Of a stretch of 64,000 nt of DNA, positions 1 to 9,212 are shown piece after piece. The position numbers were made by a program, and so were the translations under genes. The notes under the pieces were generated by a model. The model did not search any database, was not told the origin of the DNA, and saw only the letters and a list, made by a program, of their open reading frames with translations. Positions within the stretch are counted from its first letter, which is position 1; every line of letters begins with the position of its first letter. The DNA is from an uncultured Acidimicrobiales bacterium (lineage in GTDB: Bacteria; Actinomycetota; Acidimicrobiia; Acidimicrobiales; UBA10347), in the NCBI GenBank assembly GCA_943788915.1, contig CALSSD010000005.1:186001-250000 (forward strand). Direction: 5' to 3'.

Positions 1-1176
1 TTGTCCATGGAGATCGAAGTCGAAACCACGGCGAACCCTGGCCCCGGAAAGCTCTGGCTGGACATCGACGGCTTTGCCGGGCCGGTGAAGCCCGGCAACG
101 GGCCACGACGTGATCCGAAGGGAGAGTTCCCTACCGGGCCCGATGTTGGCACCCCGCTCCCGAACATCGTCGCTCGCCACCACAACGACTCGACGGTCGA
201 CCTTCATCGTGACCGGGCGGGCAAGCCCGCGGTGGTCGTCTTCTTTCGGTCCGCAGTCTGGTGACCACCCTGCCGCACGCAGCTGGTCGAGCTGCAACGG
301 GGATACGAAGCACTCGTAGAGGCCGGTGTTGAGCTGTATGCCGTTAGCTACGACGAGCCCGACGCCTTGGCCGACTTCAGCGCAGCCCACCACATCACCT
401 TTCCGCTCCTGTCAGATCCCGACTCGGTAGTCATCGAGTCCTTCGGCATTCTCAACACCCTCATACCGCCCGACGACCACCCCTGGTATGGCATCCCTTT
501 CCCCGGCACTTATGTCATCGACGATGCGGGCGTGATCACGCACAAGTTCTTCGAGCACAGCCTCGCAGTCCGGGTCGGCCCCGAGCAGCTAATCGCTGCG
601 GTCAGGGGCAATGACTTCACGCTCGAACCAGCCGACACCACGCCGGTCGAAGACGTGAAGGTCACGATCGACATCGAGGGCCCTGACTTACCTCCGGGTA
701 CCCAGCGCGACCTGGTCGCTCGCTTCTCGGTTCCGCACGGCCAACATCTCTACGACGATCCGGTACCTGAGGGTATGGTCGCGGCCTCGATTGAGCTCGA
801 CGACACGCCGGGCCTCATGGCGTTCGAGACGGTGAAGCCCGATACCCGGCCCCTCACTCTCAGCGGCACCGGCGAAACCCTCGACGTCTACGACGGTGAC
901 ATCACCCTGCGACAGCCCATCACGCAGAACGGCACAGCAGGCGACCAGGTCGACGGACAGAGGGTGGTCACGATCAGGGGTGAAGTGCGCTGGCAGGCGT
1001 GCGACGACATGCAATGTGGGCTTCCGCAACGGCAACGCTTCGAGCTCCTAATTCCAGCCGGCCGTATCACGCTCCCGGACATGGGCCCTGCGGCAGCCAA
1101 GGGCCACACCGAACCCATGAATGGTGAGAAACACCTAGCCCAGATGGTGGAGCGACGCCGTAAAAGCGAGAAGTGA
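1..1176 (+). CDS. Predicted selenoprotein: AhpC/TSA (peroxiredoxin-like, thioredoxin-fold) domain with UxxC motif fused to a C-terminal DsbD N-terminal-like (Cx4C) domain; Sec codon TGA at 262-264
   Basis: ORFs 1..264 and 367..1176 are in the same frame. Reading through TGA gives ...VVVFFRSAVW-U-PPCRTQLVELQRGYEALVEAGVELYAVSYDEPDALADF...FPLLSD...PGTYVIDDAG, a typical AhpC/TSA sequence. The C-terminal VRWQACDDMQCGLP is DsbD-N-like. The frame is open to base 1; ATG at 7 is a plausible start. Confidence 0.88.
265..302 (+). promoter_or_regulatory. Candidate bacterial SECIS element
   Basis: Stem GCAGCT (279-284) pairs with AGCTGC (290-295) around loop GGTCG (285-289), which starts 20 nt after the UGA. 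A lower stem CCG 273-275 / CGG 298-300 is possible. Position and G-first loop fit the bacterial SECIS model. Confidence 0.75.
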
Positions 1177-1275
1177 CAGCTCGGACATAGCGGCCCTCCG
1201 AGACGTCGGCCGTGACACTGGGTTGGGTTGTGCCCCTCGACATCCCTCGGCGCGTCTTGGCTCTGGCCGATCGAG

Positions 1276-2436
1276 TTAGGTGCCTGCTTCGATCGCATCG
1301 ATGGTGAGTTCGATGCCGAAGCCAGGAGCTTCGGTAGGCACCAGCACGCCGTCGACCGGAATCGCCATGCCGGGAGTCGACCGATAAGCGTCGGCAAGGC
1401 TCGTCGCTGCGCCGATGTACATTTCGGCGAGCGTGTTCGGCTTGAGCGCGTACGCGAGATGTTGACCGAACGCGTCGTTCGCTGCGCAGTGAATAGCCAT
1501 GTCGAGATCGTGCTCGGCCGCGATCTTGGCGATTCGAACCGTCGGGGTGGCACCGCCGACCCACAGAGGATCGGGCTGCACCACATCGATAGTGCCGAGT
1601 TCCGCATGCCGACGGAACGGTTCGTGAGTGAACCAACGCTCACCCGCCGCGAGCCGAGCATCGGGAAGCTGGGCTCGGACCGCCGCGTAGCCAGTCCAGT
1701 CCTGCGGACTGACATAGTCCTCGATCCACCACGGTGCGCTCGGGGCCAACGCCTCGCCGATGCGTACGGCGGCGTCCACGTCCATGACAGCCCAGCAGTC
1801 GATCATCACCTTGGCATCGACGCCTGCTATCGAACAAGCCTCATCGAACGCTGCCACCACCCTGTCGACCGCCGCCGCGCTGTCATCGGGCCAAGGACAC
1901 GGAATCTTGAAGGCAGTGAAACCGAAGTCAACCAAACGTTGCACGTCTGCTCCTGTCGCGTAACAGTCCAACTCTCGGCATGCGGGGCCGCCGAGCAACT
2001 CGAACACCGGTGCCCCGAGTCGCTTTCCCAGCCCGTCGTATAGAGCGAGGTCGACCGCGCTGATCGCATAACTCGCGACACCACCAATACCGATGTTGGC
2101 CGTCAACACCGTGGCCATAACGTCCCACAGCTCAACGATGTCGTCGACCGCAGTCACCGACTCTCCGAGAATCATCGGGCCCAAGTAGTCGTTGATCAGC
2201 GGAACAACCACGCCTGCATGCGCCGTCAGGCCCACGCCCCAATCGCCAGTGTCGAACTTGACCATACAGATGGCCTCGCCCCACGGAGGCTCGAACCTCG
2301 AGGCTCGACCACGACCCGGGCCCATGGACGCGATCGGATTCATAAACTGGAGTTCGGTGCTCGCACTCGGTGTGCGAGTTCGCCCGAGCATCGATGGGTC
2401 CTTGACAGCAGCACAACGTATCGAAGTGATCTTCAT
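1276..2436 (-). CDS. Mandelate racemase/enolase-superfamily acid-sugar dehydratase (L-rhamnonate dehydratase-like)
   Basis: MKITSI start; AISAVDLALYD..GK..GAPVFELLGG; metal ligands in MIDCW, WWIED, AAGE; VVQPD..WVGG. Confidence 0.8.
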   Translation of the reverse strand: MKITSIRCAAVKDPSMLGRTRTPSASTELQFMNPIASMGPGRGRASRFEPPWGEAICMVKFDTGDWGVGLTAHAGVVVPLINDYLGPMILGESVTAVDDIVELWDVMATVLTANIGIGGVASYAISAVDLALYDGLGKRLGAPVFELLGGPACRELDCYATGADVQRLVDFGFTAFKIPCPWPDDSAAAVDRVVAAFDEACSIAGVDAKVMIDCWAVMDVDAAVRIGEALAPSAPWWIEDYVSPQDWTGYAAVRAQLPDARLAAGERWFTHEPFRRHAELGTIDVVQPDPLWVGGATPTVRIAKIAAEHDLDMAIHCAANDAFGQHLAYALKPNTLAEMYIGAATSLADAYRSTPGMAIPVDGVLVPTEAPGFGIELTIDAIEAGT

Positions 2437-2769
2437 CGGTCGACCCTCACCCAGCAGCACACTAGAGGATCGTCGGTTGCGCCACTGGGTCGTTGCATCA
2501 ACCAGTTCCATCACCAACTTCAACGATGACCGCCACAAAATCCATACTCCTATGCCAGTCATTGCCCGCGATGCGATGGGGTGGGGCGCCAGACGCTCCA
2601 AGGTTTGCAATCAGCACTTCGCGTCAACCTGAAGAGGCACTGCTCTGAGGAGCCAACGAACAGATGCTGGTGTATCGAATCGTCGAGCGCTCCTGATCTG
2701 AGTTGCTGACCCTCCACCAACAACCGGGGTGTCAACACCGCGAGCGGTAGTGATTAGTGTCAGAGGTGC

Positions 2770-4035
2770 ATGAACTTCACCAAACCTGACTACCTCGTGA
2801 CAACCGCATGGCTCGCCGGCCAACTCGACAACGCCGACGTTCGAGTTCTCGATGTCACCGCCAAGCTGACCAGCAAGCTCGAGAACCGAGCCGAGGCCGA
2901 GTGTTATCACGACAGCCATATTCCCGGCTCGTTGTTCTTCGACGTGTCCGCAGGCAAGGGCGTGCTTTCGAATCAGGACGCCGCGCTTCCGTGGATGTGG
3001 CCGACTCCCGACGAGGTGGTCGCCTCGCTCGCCGCCGTTGGTGTGGGGCCGGAAACCAAGGTGGTCCTCGTGGCTCGAACACCACGTGACGGCATCGACT
3101 CCGGCACCATGTGGTGCACCCGTGCGTGGTGGACCCTGCACCATTACGGCGTCGACTGCGCCATCCTGCACGGTGGCCTCGAGCGGTGGGAGGCCGAAGG
3201 CCGGCCGCTGACCGACCAGCCCTCGACAGTCCCAGAAACAGCGCCATTCGTGCCCGCATCTGGCTGGGAATCCGCCCGAGCCACCAAGGCCGACGTGCTC
3301 GCTGCGGTACAAGGGATCGATGCCGACGGCGCCCAGGCGCCAGCATGCTTGGTCGACGCTCTGCCGGCCGACAGCTTCGACGGCACCGGCACGTCCTACG
3401 GGCCCAGGTCCGGTCACATCACCGGCGCGGTGAACGTTCCGTACCGCTCGCTCATCGATGCAGAGACAGCCGCGTTCGTAGACGCTGACACCATGCATGC
3501 CCATCTGGTCGACGCCGGGCTGCTCAGCGAGCGGAACGTCATCACCTATTGCGGTGGAGCGATCGCCGCCACCGTCGACGCGTTTGCTCTGGCCCTGTTC
3601 GACAAGACCAACGTCGCCGTCTACGACGCAAGCCTTATGGAGTGGACGACCGACGACGAACTCCCCATGACCAATCCAAGCGCCGCGTGGCTGATCAAAC
3701 ATGACCCCAGACCCGGCAACCCCAGACCCGGCCACCCCCGACCCGGCCACCCCAGCCCCAGACCCCTCAGCACACGTCCCGGCGCCGCTGGTCGGAACCG
3801 CGGACCCCGACCTGACGCTCACCGAACTCCTTGCCGTCACCCCGACCGACGAACCAGACATGTTTGTCGGCCTCACCGAAACCTACGGACAGCTCGGCAT
3901 CTACGGAGGTCACTTCCTGGGACAGGCCCTGGCCGCCGCATTCATGACCGTCGAAGAACCAAAGCTGGCACAGTCGTTCCACGCTCACTTCCTGGCACGG
4001 GGAAATCCCGATGCCGAGCTGACCTACCGAGTTGA
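2770..4035 (+). CDS. Two-domain rhodanese/3-mercaptopyruvate sulfurtransferase (SseA-like). The native domain ends near 3690; the ORF runs on over the next gene.
   Basis: LVTTAWL, HIPGSLFFD, RAWWTL, ILHGGL..W, GHITGAVNVP, active-site ITYCGGAIAAT, VYDASLMEW. The tail after ~3690 is low-complexity off-frame sequence. Confidence 0.8.
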   Translation: MNFTKPDYLVTTAWLAGQLDNADVRVLDVTAKLTSKLENRAEAECYHDSHIPGSLFFDVSAGKGVLSNQDAALPWMWPTPDEVVASLAAVGVGPETKVVLVARTPRDGIDSGTMWCTRAWWTLHHYGVDCAILHGGLERWEAEGRPLTDQPSTVPETAPFVPASGWESARATKADVLAAVQGIDADGAQAPACLVDALPADSFDGTGTSYGPRSGHITGAVNVPYRSLIDAETAAFVDADTMHAHLVDAGLLSERNVITYCGGAIAATVDAFALALFDKTNVAVYDASLMEWTTDDELPMTNPSAAWLIKHDPRPGNPRPGHPRPGHPSPRPLSTRPGAAGRNRGPRPDAHRTPCRHPDRRTRHVCRPHRNLRTARHLRRSLPGTGPGRRIHDRRRTKAGTVVPRSLPGTGKSRCRADLPS

Positions 4036-4633
4036 CCGCCTCCGCTCTGGTCACCGACGAGACATCCGAGCTGTCACCGCGTTGCAGGATGGCACCGCGG
4101 TGTTTCATCTTGTGGCGACATTCAAACCAGCCGAGGACGGCGACGAACGCGGCCCGACTGCTCCGACCGTGCCAAGCGTCGACCAGGTGGTTGCTGACCG
4201 TTCAGCCCGGGGTATGCCGTCGATCACGCTGCCACCCACTGTCGCCGGACGAATTCAGATGGAACTGATCAGCGAACCGTTCATGGAAGCATCGCCCGGG
4301 CGCCAAGCTGAACTCCAGGTCTGGGCCCGCTCATCAGGACCAACTACGATCACGCACCGGGAACGACAAGTCGCACTTGCCTACCTCTCAGACAGCACGA
4401 TCATGTTCACCGCCGTACTCCCCCATGGCGCACCCTTCACCACCCACCTGATGACCAGTCTCGATCATGCAACCTGGTTCCATCACGACGTCGACCCAGC
4501 CACATGGTTGCTGTTCGACCAGTCAAGCGACGTTGCAACCGACGGCCGGGGCCTCACCCACGGACGACTCTTCGACAGCGCAGGCACCCTGGCCCTGAGC
4601 TGTACCCAAGAGGCCATGATCCGCAGAATCTAA
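3701..4633 (+). CDS. Acyl-CoA thioesterase II (TesB-like, double hotdog)
   Basis: IYGGHFLGQALAAA, SFHAHFL, LAYLSD, TSLDHATWFH, GRGLTHGRLF, QEAMIR. Confidence 0.85.
   Translation: MTPDPATPDPATPDPATPAPDPSAHVPAPLVGTADPDLTLTELLAVTPTDEPDMFVGLTETYGQLGIYGGHFLGQALAAAFMTVEEPKLAQSFHAHFLARGNPDAELTYRVDRLRSGHRRDIRAVTALQDGTAVFHLVATFKPAEDGDERGPTAPTVPSVDQVVADRSARGMPSITLPPTVAGRIQMELISEPFMEASPGRQAELQVWARSSGPTTITHRERQVALAYLSDSTIMFTAVLPHGAPFTTHLMTSLDHATWFHHDVDPATWLLFDQSSDVATDGRGLTHGRLFDSAGTLALSCTQEAMIRRI
3704..3754 (+). repeat. 15-bp tandem repeat (~3.4 copies) encoding TPDPA at the TesB N-terminus
   Basis: ACCCCAGACCCGGCA ACCCCAGACCCGGCC ACCCCCGACCCGGCC ACCCCA. Confidence 0.9.
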
Positions 4634-4643
4634 ACCCTTCTAA

Positions 4644-4678
4644 GCTGCAGATCGGACATATTTGGCCCGATCTGCAGC
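4644..4678. terminator. Hairpin between convergent genes; probable bidirectional terminator
   Basis: Perfect 12-bp arms GCTGCAGATCGG / CCGATCTGCAGC between the stops of the TesB-like and acyl-CoA dehydrogenase genes; no long U-tract. Confidence 0.6.
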
Positions 4679-4697
4679 CGAGAACATCAGTATTCGC

Positions 4698-5954
4698 TCA
4701 GTCGCCGAACCAGTCGATACCGCCGGTACCAGCCTGACGCTGGAGTTCGACCTGAGCCATCGTGAACTTGGCCAACTGGTTCATATGTACTTCGTCGGGA
4801 CCGTCGGCGATCCGCATAAGGCGGCCAGTCACATACATATCAGCGATCGGGGTGTCGCCACTGACTCCCTTGCCGCCGAAGACCTGCATGGCCCGCTCGG
4901 CCACGTCTTGAGCCAGTTTCGGGCCGATGATCTTGACCATCGAGATGTAGTCACGAGCGCCCTTGGCTCCGGACTTGTCCATCTCGGCCGCAGCCTTCAG
5001 AACAAGCAGTCGGGCCTGCTCAATCGAGCATCGGGCCCGAGCGATGTCTTGGCGGACCGAGGAGTATTCGCTGATCTTGCGACCAAACGGTTCCCGCTGA
5101 TCAGCACGAGCGCACATGAGTTCCATCATGCGCTGCGCCATACCTACGTTGGTCATCGCGTACTGGAATCGACCTGGCCCCAGGCGACCTTGAGCGATCG
5201 TGAAACCCTGACCTTCACCCATGATGATGTTGTCTACAGGAACACGAACGTTGGTGAATTTCAGCTCACCGTGACCCGCTGGTGAGTGATAGTTACCGAA
5301 CACCTCGACACATCGCACGACTTCGAGCCCGTCGCTGTCTCGAGGAACCAGCACCATCGAGTGTTGCTGATGGCGAGTCGCCTCGGGGTTCGAGAGACCC
5401 ATGGTGATCAGCACCTCGTTGTGCGGATGCATGATGTTACTGCTCCACCACTTACGCCCATTGAGCACATACTCATCACCGTCGCGCACAATGGTGAGCT
5501 GCATATTGGTGGCATCAGACGACGCGACCTGTGGCTCGGTCATCGCATATGTCGAGCGAATCTCGCCCGCTAGCAGCGGCCGCAGCCATTGGTCTTGTTG
5601 GGCCGCGCTACCGAACTTGGCCAGCACCTCCATGTTGCCCCGGTCTGGAGCTGAGCAGTTGAAGACCTCGAACGACCACGGCATACGACCCATGACTTCG
5701 GCCAACGGCGCAAACTCAAGGTTGGTAAACCCCGGGCTCCACTCGCCGTATTCGGCTGGCAAGAACCAGTTCCAGATCCCGGCCTCTTTTGCCTTCACCT
5801 TGAGCTCCTCGATCACCGGAGGTTGCTTCCACAGATTGGCCCCGTCCATGACGAAATCGTGGTGCTCTCGCTCACGTTCGTAGACGTGGGCCTCCATGAA
5901 CGCTTCGAGGCGTTCCTTGGCTTCCATCACCTTTGGGCTGTAGTCGAAATCCAT
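4698..5954 (-). CDS. Acyl-CoA dehydrogenase (FadE2/ACAD10-11-like)
   Basis: FNCSAPDRGNMEVL, AMTEPQVASSDATN, NGRKWW, AQGRLGPGR, RIADGPDEVH; start MDFDYS preceded by AAGGGGG. Confidence 0.9.
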   Translation of the reverse strand: MDFDYSPKVMEAKERLEAFMEAHVYEREREHHDFVMDGANLWKQPPVIEELKVKAKEAGIWNWFLPAEYGEWSPGFTNLEFAPLAEVMGRMPWSFEVFNCSAPDRGNMEVLAKFGSAAQQDQWLRPLLAGEIRSTYAMTEPQVASSDATNMQLTIVRDGDEYVLNGRKWWSSNIMHPHNEVLITMGLSNPEATRHQQHSMVLVPRDSDGLEVVRCVEVFGNYHSPAGHGELKFTNVRVPVDNIIMGEGQGFTIAQGRLGPGRFQYAMTNVGMAQRMMELMCARADQREPFGRKISEYSSVRQDIARARCSIEQARLLVLKAAAEMDKSGAKGARDYISMVKIIGPKLAQDVAERAMQVFGGKGVSGDTPIADMYVTGRLMRIADGPDEVHMNQLAKFTMAQVELQRQAGTGGIDWFGD

Positions 5955-6060
5955 TATGTCCCCCTTGATCGCTGCTACGACTCTTACACAGGAGCGAATC
6001 GTGGCAACATTTTGCCCCGTCGACCAGACGGTGAAGCCAACAACGAGGGAGCCAACTGCC

Positions 6061-6354
6061 ATGTTTGCCGTAGTGACCAGGATCAAGGTTAAAGAGGGTT
6101 CCATCCCTGAACTTGCAGCACTATTCGAAGCTACGAATCATGACCTCGTGGCAGGCCACGACGATTGGCTCGGCGCCTGGTTCACCGCGAATCATGAGAC
6201 CAGCGAGATCACAGTGATTGCCCACTGGGCCAAAGCAGAGTCCTACGGCGTGCTTCGCGATAGCGACGAGTTCAAGCAGACCATGAGTCAGTTTGCGACC
6301 AAGTTCGTCGGGCCGCCTGTCGTGTCGATCAACGAGATCCTGGTGAAAATGTAA
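6061..6354 (+). CDS. Antibiotic biosynthesis monooxygenase (ABM)/dimeric alpha-beta barrel protein
   Basis: 97 aa, MFAVVTRIKVKEG...VIAHW...F pattern; GGGAG RBS upstream. Confidence 0.6.
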   Translation: MFAVVTRIKVKEGSIPELAALFEATNHDLVAGHDDWLGAWFTANHETSEITVIAHWAKAESYGVLRDSDEFKQTMSQFATKFVGPPVVSINEILVKM

Positions 6355-6423
6355 CCCGGGAGTCACCGGCACTTCTTCTGAGACAGCGCCGCGATGTACG
6401 TTGAGCCCTGACCAGGAGACACC

Positions 6424-7338
6424 ATGAAGCTGACTGTTGACTACCCCAGTGTTGCCTTTCGCGAGGGCCCGGCCAAAGTGCTAGAGCTCGGCAAGGCGCT
6501 CGAAGATATCGGTTACGACGAGATAGCGGTGTTCGATCATGTCGTCATGGGATTTCCCACCGACACGCGTCCCCCGCCGATGTATCCGCCCAAGATGCCA
6601 GTGCTCGAAGCCCTCATCTTGTTAGCACAGCTTGCGGCAGTGACAGACCGAATCGGCCTGTCCACCGAAGTCCTGGTTCTTCCCCAACGCCAACCAGTGC
6701 TCGTCGCCAAACAGATCAGCACAATAGACCTGATGTCCGAGGGACGGGTCCGGCTCGGTGTGGGTGTTGGTTGGCAGGAATCCGAGTACGACGCGCTCGA
6801 AGAAGACTTCACCAACCGAGGGCGCCGCATGGACGAGGCCATTGCCCTGCTGCGGACGTATTGGTCCGACGAACAGATTGACTTCGACGGCGAGTACTAC
6901 TCGTCGACCGCCATGGCGATGGAACCAAAACCAGCCCAAGACGGCGGCCCGGAGATCTGGATCGGTGGTGGCAGCAAGGCAGCGTTGCGTCGCACCGGTC
7001 AACTCGGCGACGGTTGGATGGGAAGTGCTCTCGCCAAAGAAGAGACGATCGTTGCGTCGGTAACCGCCATCCGCGCTGCGGCCGAAGCCGCGGGCCGAGA
7101 TCCGGCAAGTATTGGTCTACAGATGATGCTGCAACCGCCTCCTTCCAAGGAGGAAGACAAGGCGTACTACGCCGACCATGATCAGGTCGTACAACGCGTC
7201 GTGCGACTCAAGGAACTCGGCTTCGAGTGGGTGTCACTCAACGCCACTGCGGTCTTTCAGGCAGGCGCTCGTTCCGTCGACGCCATGATCGAACAACTCG
7301 GCCTGCTCCACGCCGCCATCACCGCTGAAACCGCATAG
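6424..7338 (+). CDS. LLM-class (probably F420-dependent) oxidoreductase
   Basis: VFDHVV, LVLPQRQPVLVAKQ..TIDLMSEGRVRLGVGVGW..EY, PEIWIGG..AALRR...GDGW; AGGAG RBS. Confidence 0.88.
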   Translation: MKLTVDYPSVAFREGPAKVLELGKALEDIGYDEIAVFDHVVMGFPTDTRPPPMYPPKMPVLEALILLAQLAAVTDRIGLSTEVLVLPQRQPVLVAKQISTIDLMSEGRVRLGVGVGWQESEYDALEEDFTNRGRRMDEAIALLRTYWSDEQIDFDGEYYSSTAMAMEPKPAQDGGPEIWIGGGSKAALRRTGQLGDGWMGSALAKEETIVASVTAIRAAAEAAGRDPASIGLQMMLQPPPSKEEDKAYYADHDQVVQRVVRLKELGFEWVSLNATAVFQAGARSVDAMIEQLGLLHAAITAETA

Positions 7339-7361
7339 TCCGGCAACTCCGACCTACAGCT

Positions 7362-7396
7362 CGAAAAGTTACGTCCCCAGGGGAACATAACTTTTC
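7362..7396. repeat. 35-bp intergenic imperfect palindrome, copy 1 (identical to 44058-44092)
   Basis: CGAAAAGTTACGTCCCCAGGGGAACATAACTTTTC. Confidence 0.9.
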
Positions 7397-7427
7397 CCGA
7401 CAACAGACAAGACAAGAAGGAACGACC

Positions 7428-8330
7428 ATGACCATCACACTTGGCGTGACCATGCCGCTGATCGACACCGGCGGCTCGCCTTCGTTTGTGCGTGACTTTG
7501 CACAAGCGGCTGAGGACCTCGGTTATCAGGACCTGTCTCTGGCTGACCACGTGCTTGGCGCCAACGTGGCGAACCGGCCGGACTGGGGCGATCGGAATAC
7601 GTCGGCGGACTATTTCCACGATCCGTTCGTGCTGTTCGGCTTCCTGGCCGCCTGCACCAGCACCATCGGGTTCTCGACCCAGGTCATGATCCTGCCCCAG
7701 CGCCAGACCGCGCTCGTCGCCAAGCAAGCCGCGTCACTCGACGTGTTATGCGAGGGGCGGTTCCGGTTCGGCATCGGCAGCGGTTGGAACCCGGTCGAAT
7801 ACCAGGCGTTGAACGAGGACTTCACCAATCGCGGCAAACGCCTGGCCGAACAGGTCGAGGTCATGCGCCAGCTGTGGGCTGAGCCGCACGTGACCTTCGA
7901 CGGCGACTATCACCAGATCGACGACGCCGGAATCAATCCGCTACCGCCGGGTCGTTCGATCCCGCTGTGGTTCGGCGGCCACGAGGACCGCATGTTGCGC
8001 CGCATCGCCAAACTCGCCGATGGCTGGATCATGCTGGCGTTCCCTCCCGACCACACGGCCCTCGAAGCGTTCGAGACCTTGCGGGGCTACATCCGCGACG
8101 AAGGCCGCGACCCGGCCGACGTCGGGCTCGAGATCTGGACATCGCTCGGCGATGGCGACGACGACAAGTTGCGGGCCGACTTCCAGTTCTGGAAGGACGC
8201 TGGTGTCAGCCATATCACCCTGAACAATTGGTATCCCCGACCGCCACATACCCGCATGACCGCCCGGGGCCCAGACGCCCACATGAACGCGCTACGCCAT
8301 TACCGCGAACTTGTCGACGATCTGCTCTAG
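7428..8330 (+). CDS. LLM-class (probably F420-dependent) oxidoreductase
   Basis: ADHVLG, FHDPFVLFGFLAA, ILPQRQTALVAKQAASLD, GSGWNPVEY, IPLWFGG, ADGW. Confidence 0.88.
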   Translation: MTITLGVTMPLIDTGGSPSFVRDFAQAAEDLGYQDLSLADHVLGANVANRPDWGDRNTSADYFHDPFVLFGFLAACTSTIGFSTQVMILPQRQTALVAKQAASLDVLCEGRFRFGIGSGWNPVEYQALNEDFTNRGKRLAEQVEVMRQLWAEPHVTFDGDYHQIDDAGINPLPPGRSIPLWFGGHEDRMLRRIAKLADGWIMLAFPPDHTALEAFETLRGYIRDEGRDPADVGLEIWTSLGDGDDDKLRADFQFWKDAGVSHITLNNWYPRPPHTRMTARGPDAHMNALRHYRELVDDLL

Positions 8331-8400
8331 AACCCCACGCTCTTAGGAATACGGGCCAACACAGCGCGAGACTCGATCATCCCTTACGAAAGAGCGTCCG

Positions 8401-9177
8401 ATGGAAACCGTCATCTACGAAATCCGCGACAAGGTCGCGTTCGTCACCATTAACCGGCCACATGCGTACAACGCGTGCGACAAGCCGACCTATGAACGAC
8501 TGGCCGAGGTGTGGCAAGACTTCGCGGTCAACGACGACGCGTGGGTGGCGATCCTCACCGGGGCTGGCGACAAGGCGTTCTGCGCCGGCAGCGACATCAA
8601 ACAGAACTTCACCACCAAACCCGAACCCTCCGAAGCATTCGAAGCAACGGGCCGGGCCGACCTCATGCGAGGTCTCGACGTATGGAAGCCAATCATCGCC
8701 GCAGTGAATGGACACTGCAACGGCGGTGGCATGGAGATGGCACTTGGCTGCGATATCAGGATCGCTTCCGAAAACGCCCAGTTCGGTCTCGGCGAGTCAA
8801 AACTCGGCTTGTTGCCCGGAGGCGGCGGCACTCAACGACTCACCCGCACGATTCCGCTCGGTGATGCGTTGTGGATGTTGTACTCGGGTGAACGTATCGA
8901 CGCGGCCGAAGCCCATCGTGTCGGCCTCGTTAATCGAGTCGTGCCGCTACCGGACCTGATGGCGACCGCCGAAGAGATGGCCCGCAAGATTCTGGAAGCA
9001 GGGCCGCTCGCGGTTCGAGCGATCAAGCAGGCCGCGATCAAGGGCCTCAGCATGCCACTCGACGATGGTCTACGACTCGAGTCCAACCTATTCCGACTGC
9101 TGGCGATGACCGAGGACAGCGTCGAAGGCACCCGGGCATTCGCCGAGAAACGCCTACCTGAATGGAAGGCCCGCTGA
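8401..9177 (+). CDS. Enoyl-CoA hydratase/crotonase
   Basis: AFCAGSDI, KPIIAAVNG...GGGMEMALGCDIRIA, FGLGE.KLGLLPGGGGTQRL, EGTRAFAEKR. Confidence 0.92.
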   Translation: METVIYEIRDKVAFVTINRPHAYNACDKPTYERLAEVWQDFAVNDDAWVAILTGAGDKAFCAGSDIKQNFTTKPEPSEAFEATGRADLMRGLDVWKPIIAAVNGHCNGGGMEMALGCDIRIASENAQFGLGESKLGLLPGGGGTQRLTRTIPLGDALWMLYSGERIDAAEAHRVGLVNRVVPLPDLMATAEEMARKILEAGPLAVRAIKQAAIKGLSMPLDDGLRLESNLFRLLAMTEDSVEGTRAFAEKRLPEWKAR

Positions 9178-9212
9178 GGCGGTATCCCCATAGAAGGTTG
9201 CCGGGGCGATGC

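Noticed and set aside
2770..4633. Programmed frameshift fusing rhodanese and TesB
   Set aside because: No slippery sequence, a TGA at 3692 blocks the TesB frame just upstream of its own ATG, and simple stop loss explains the overlap.
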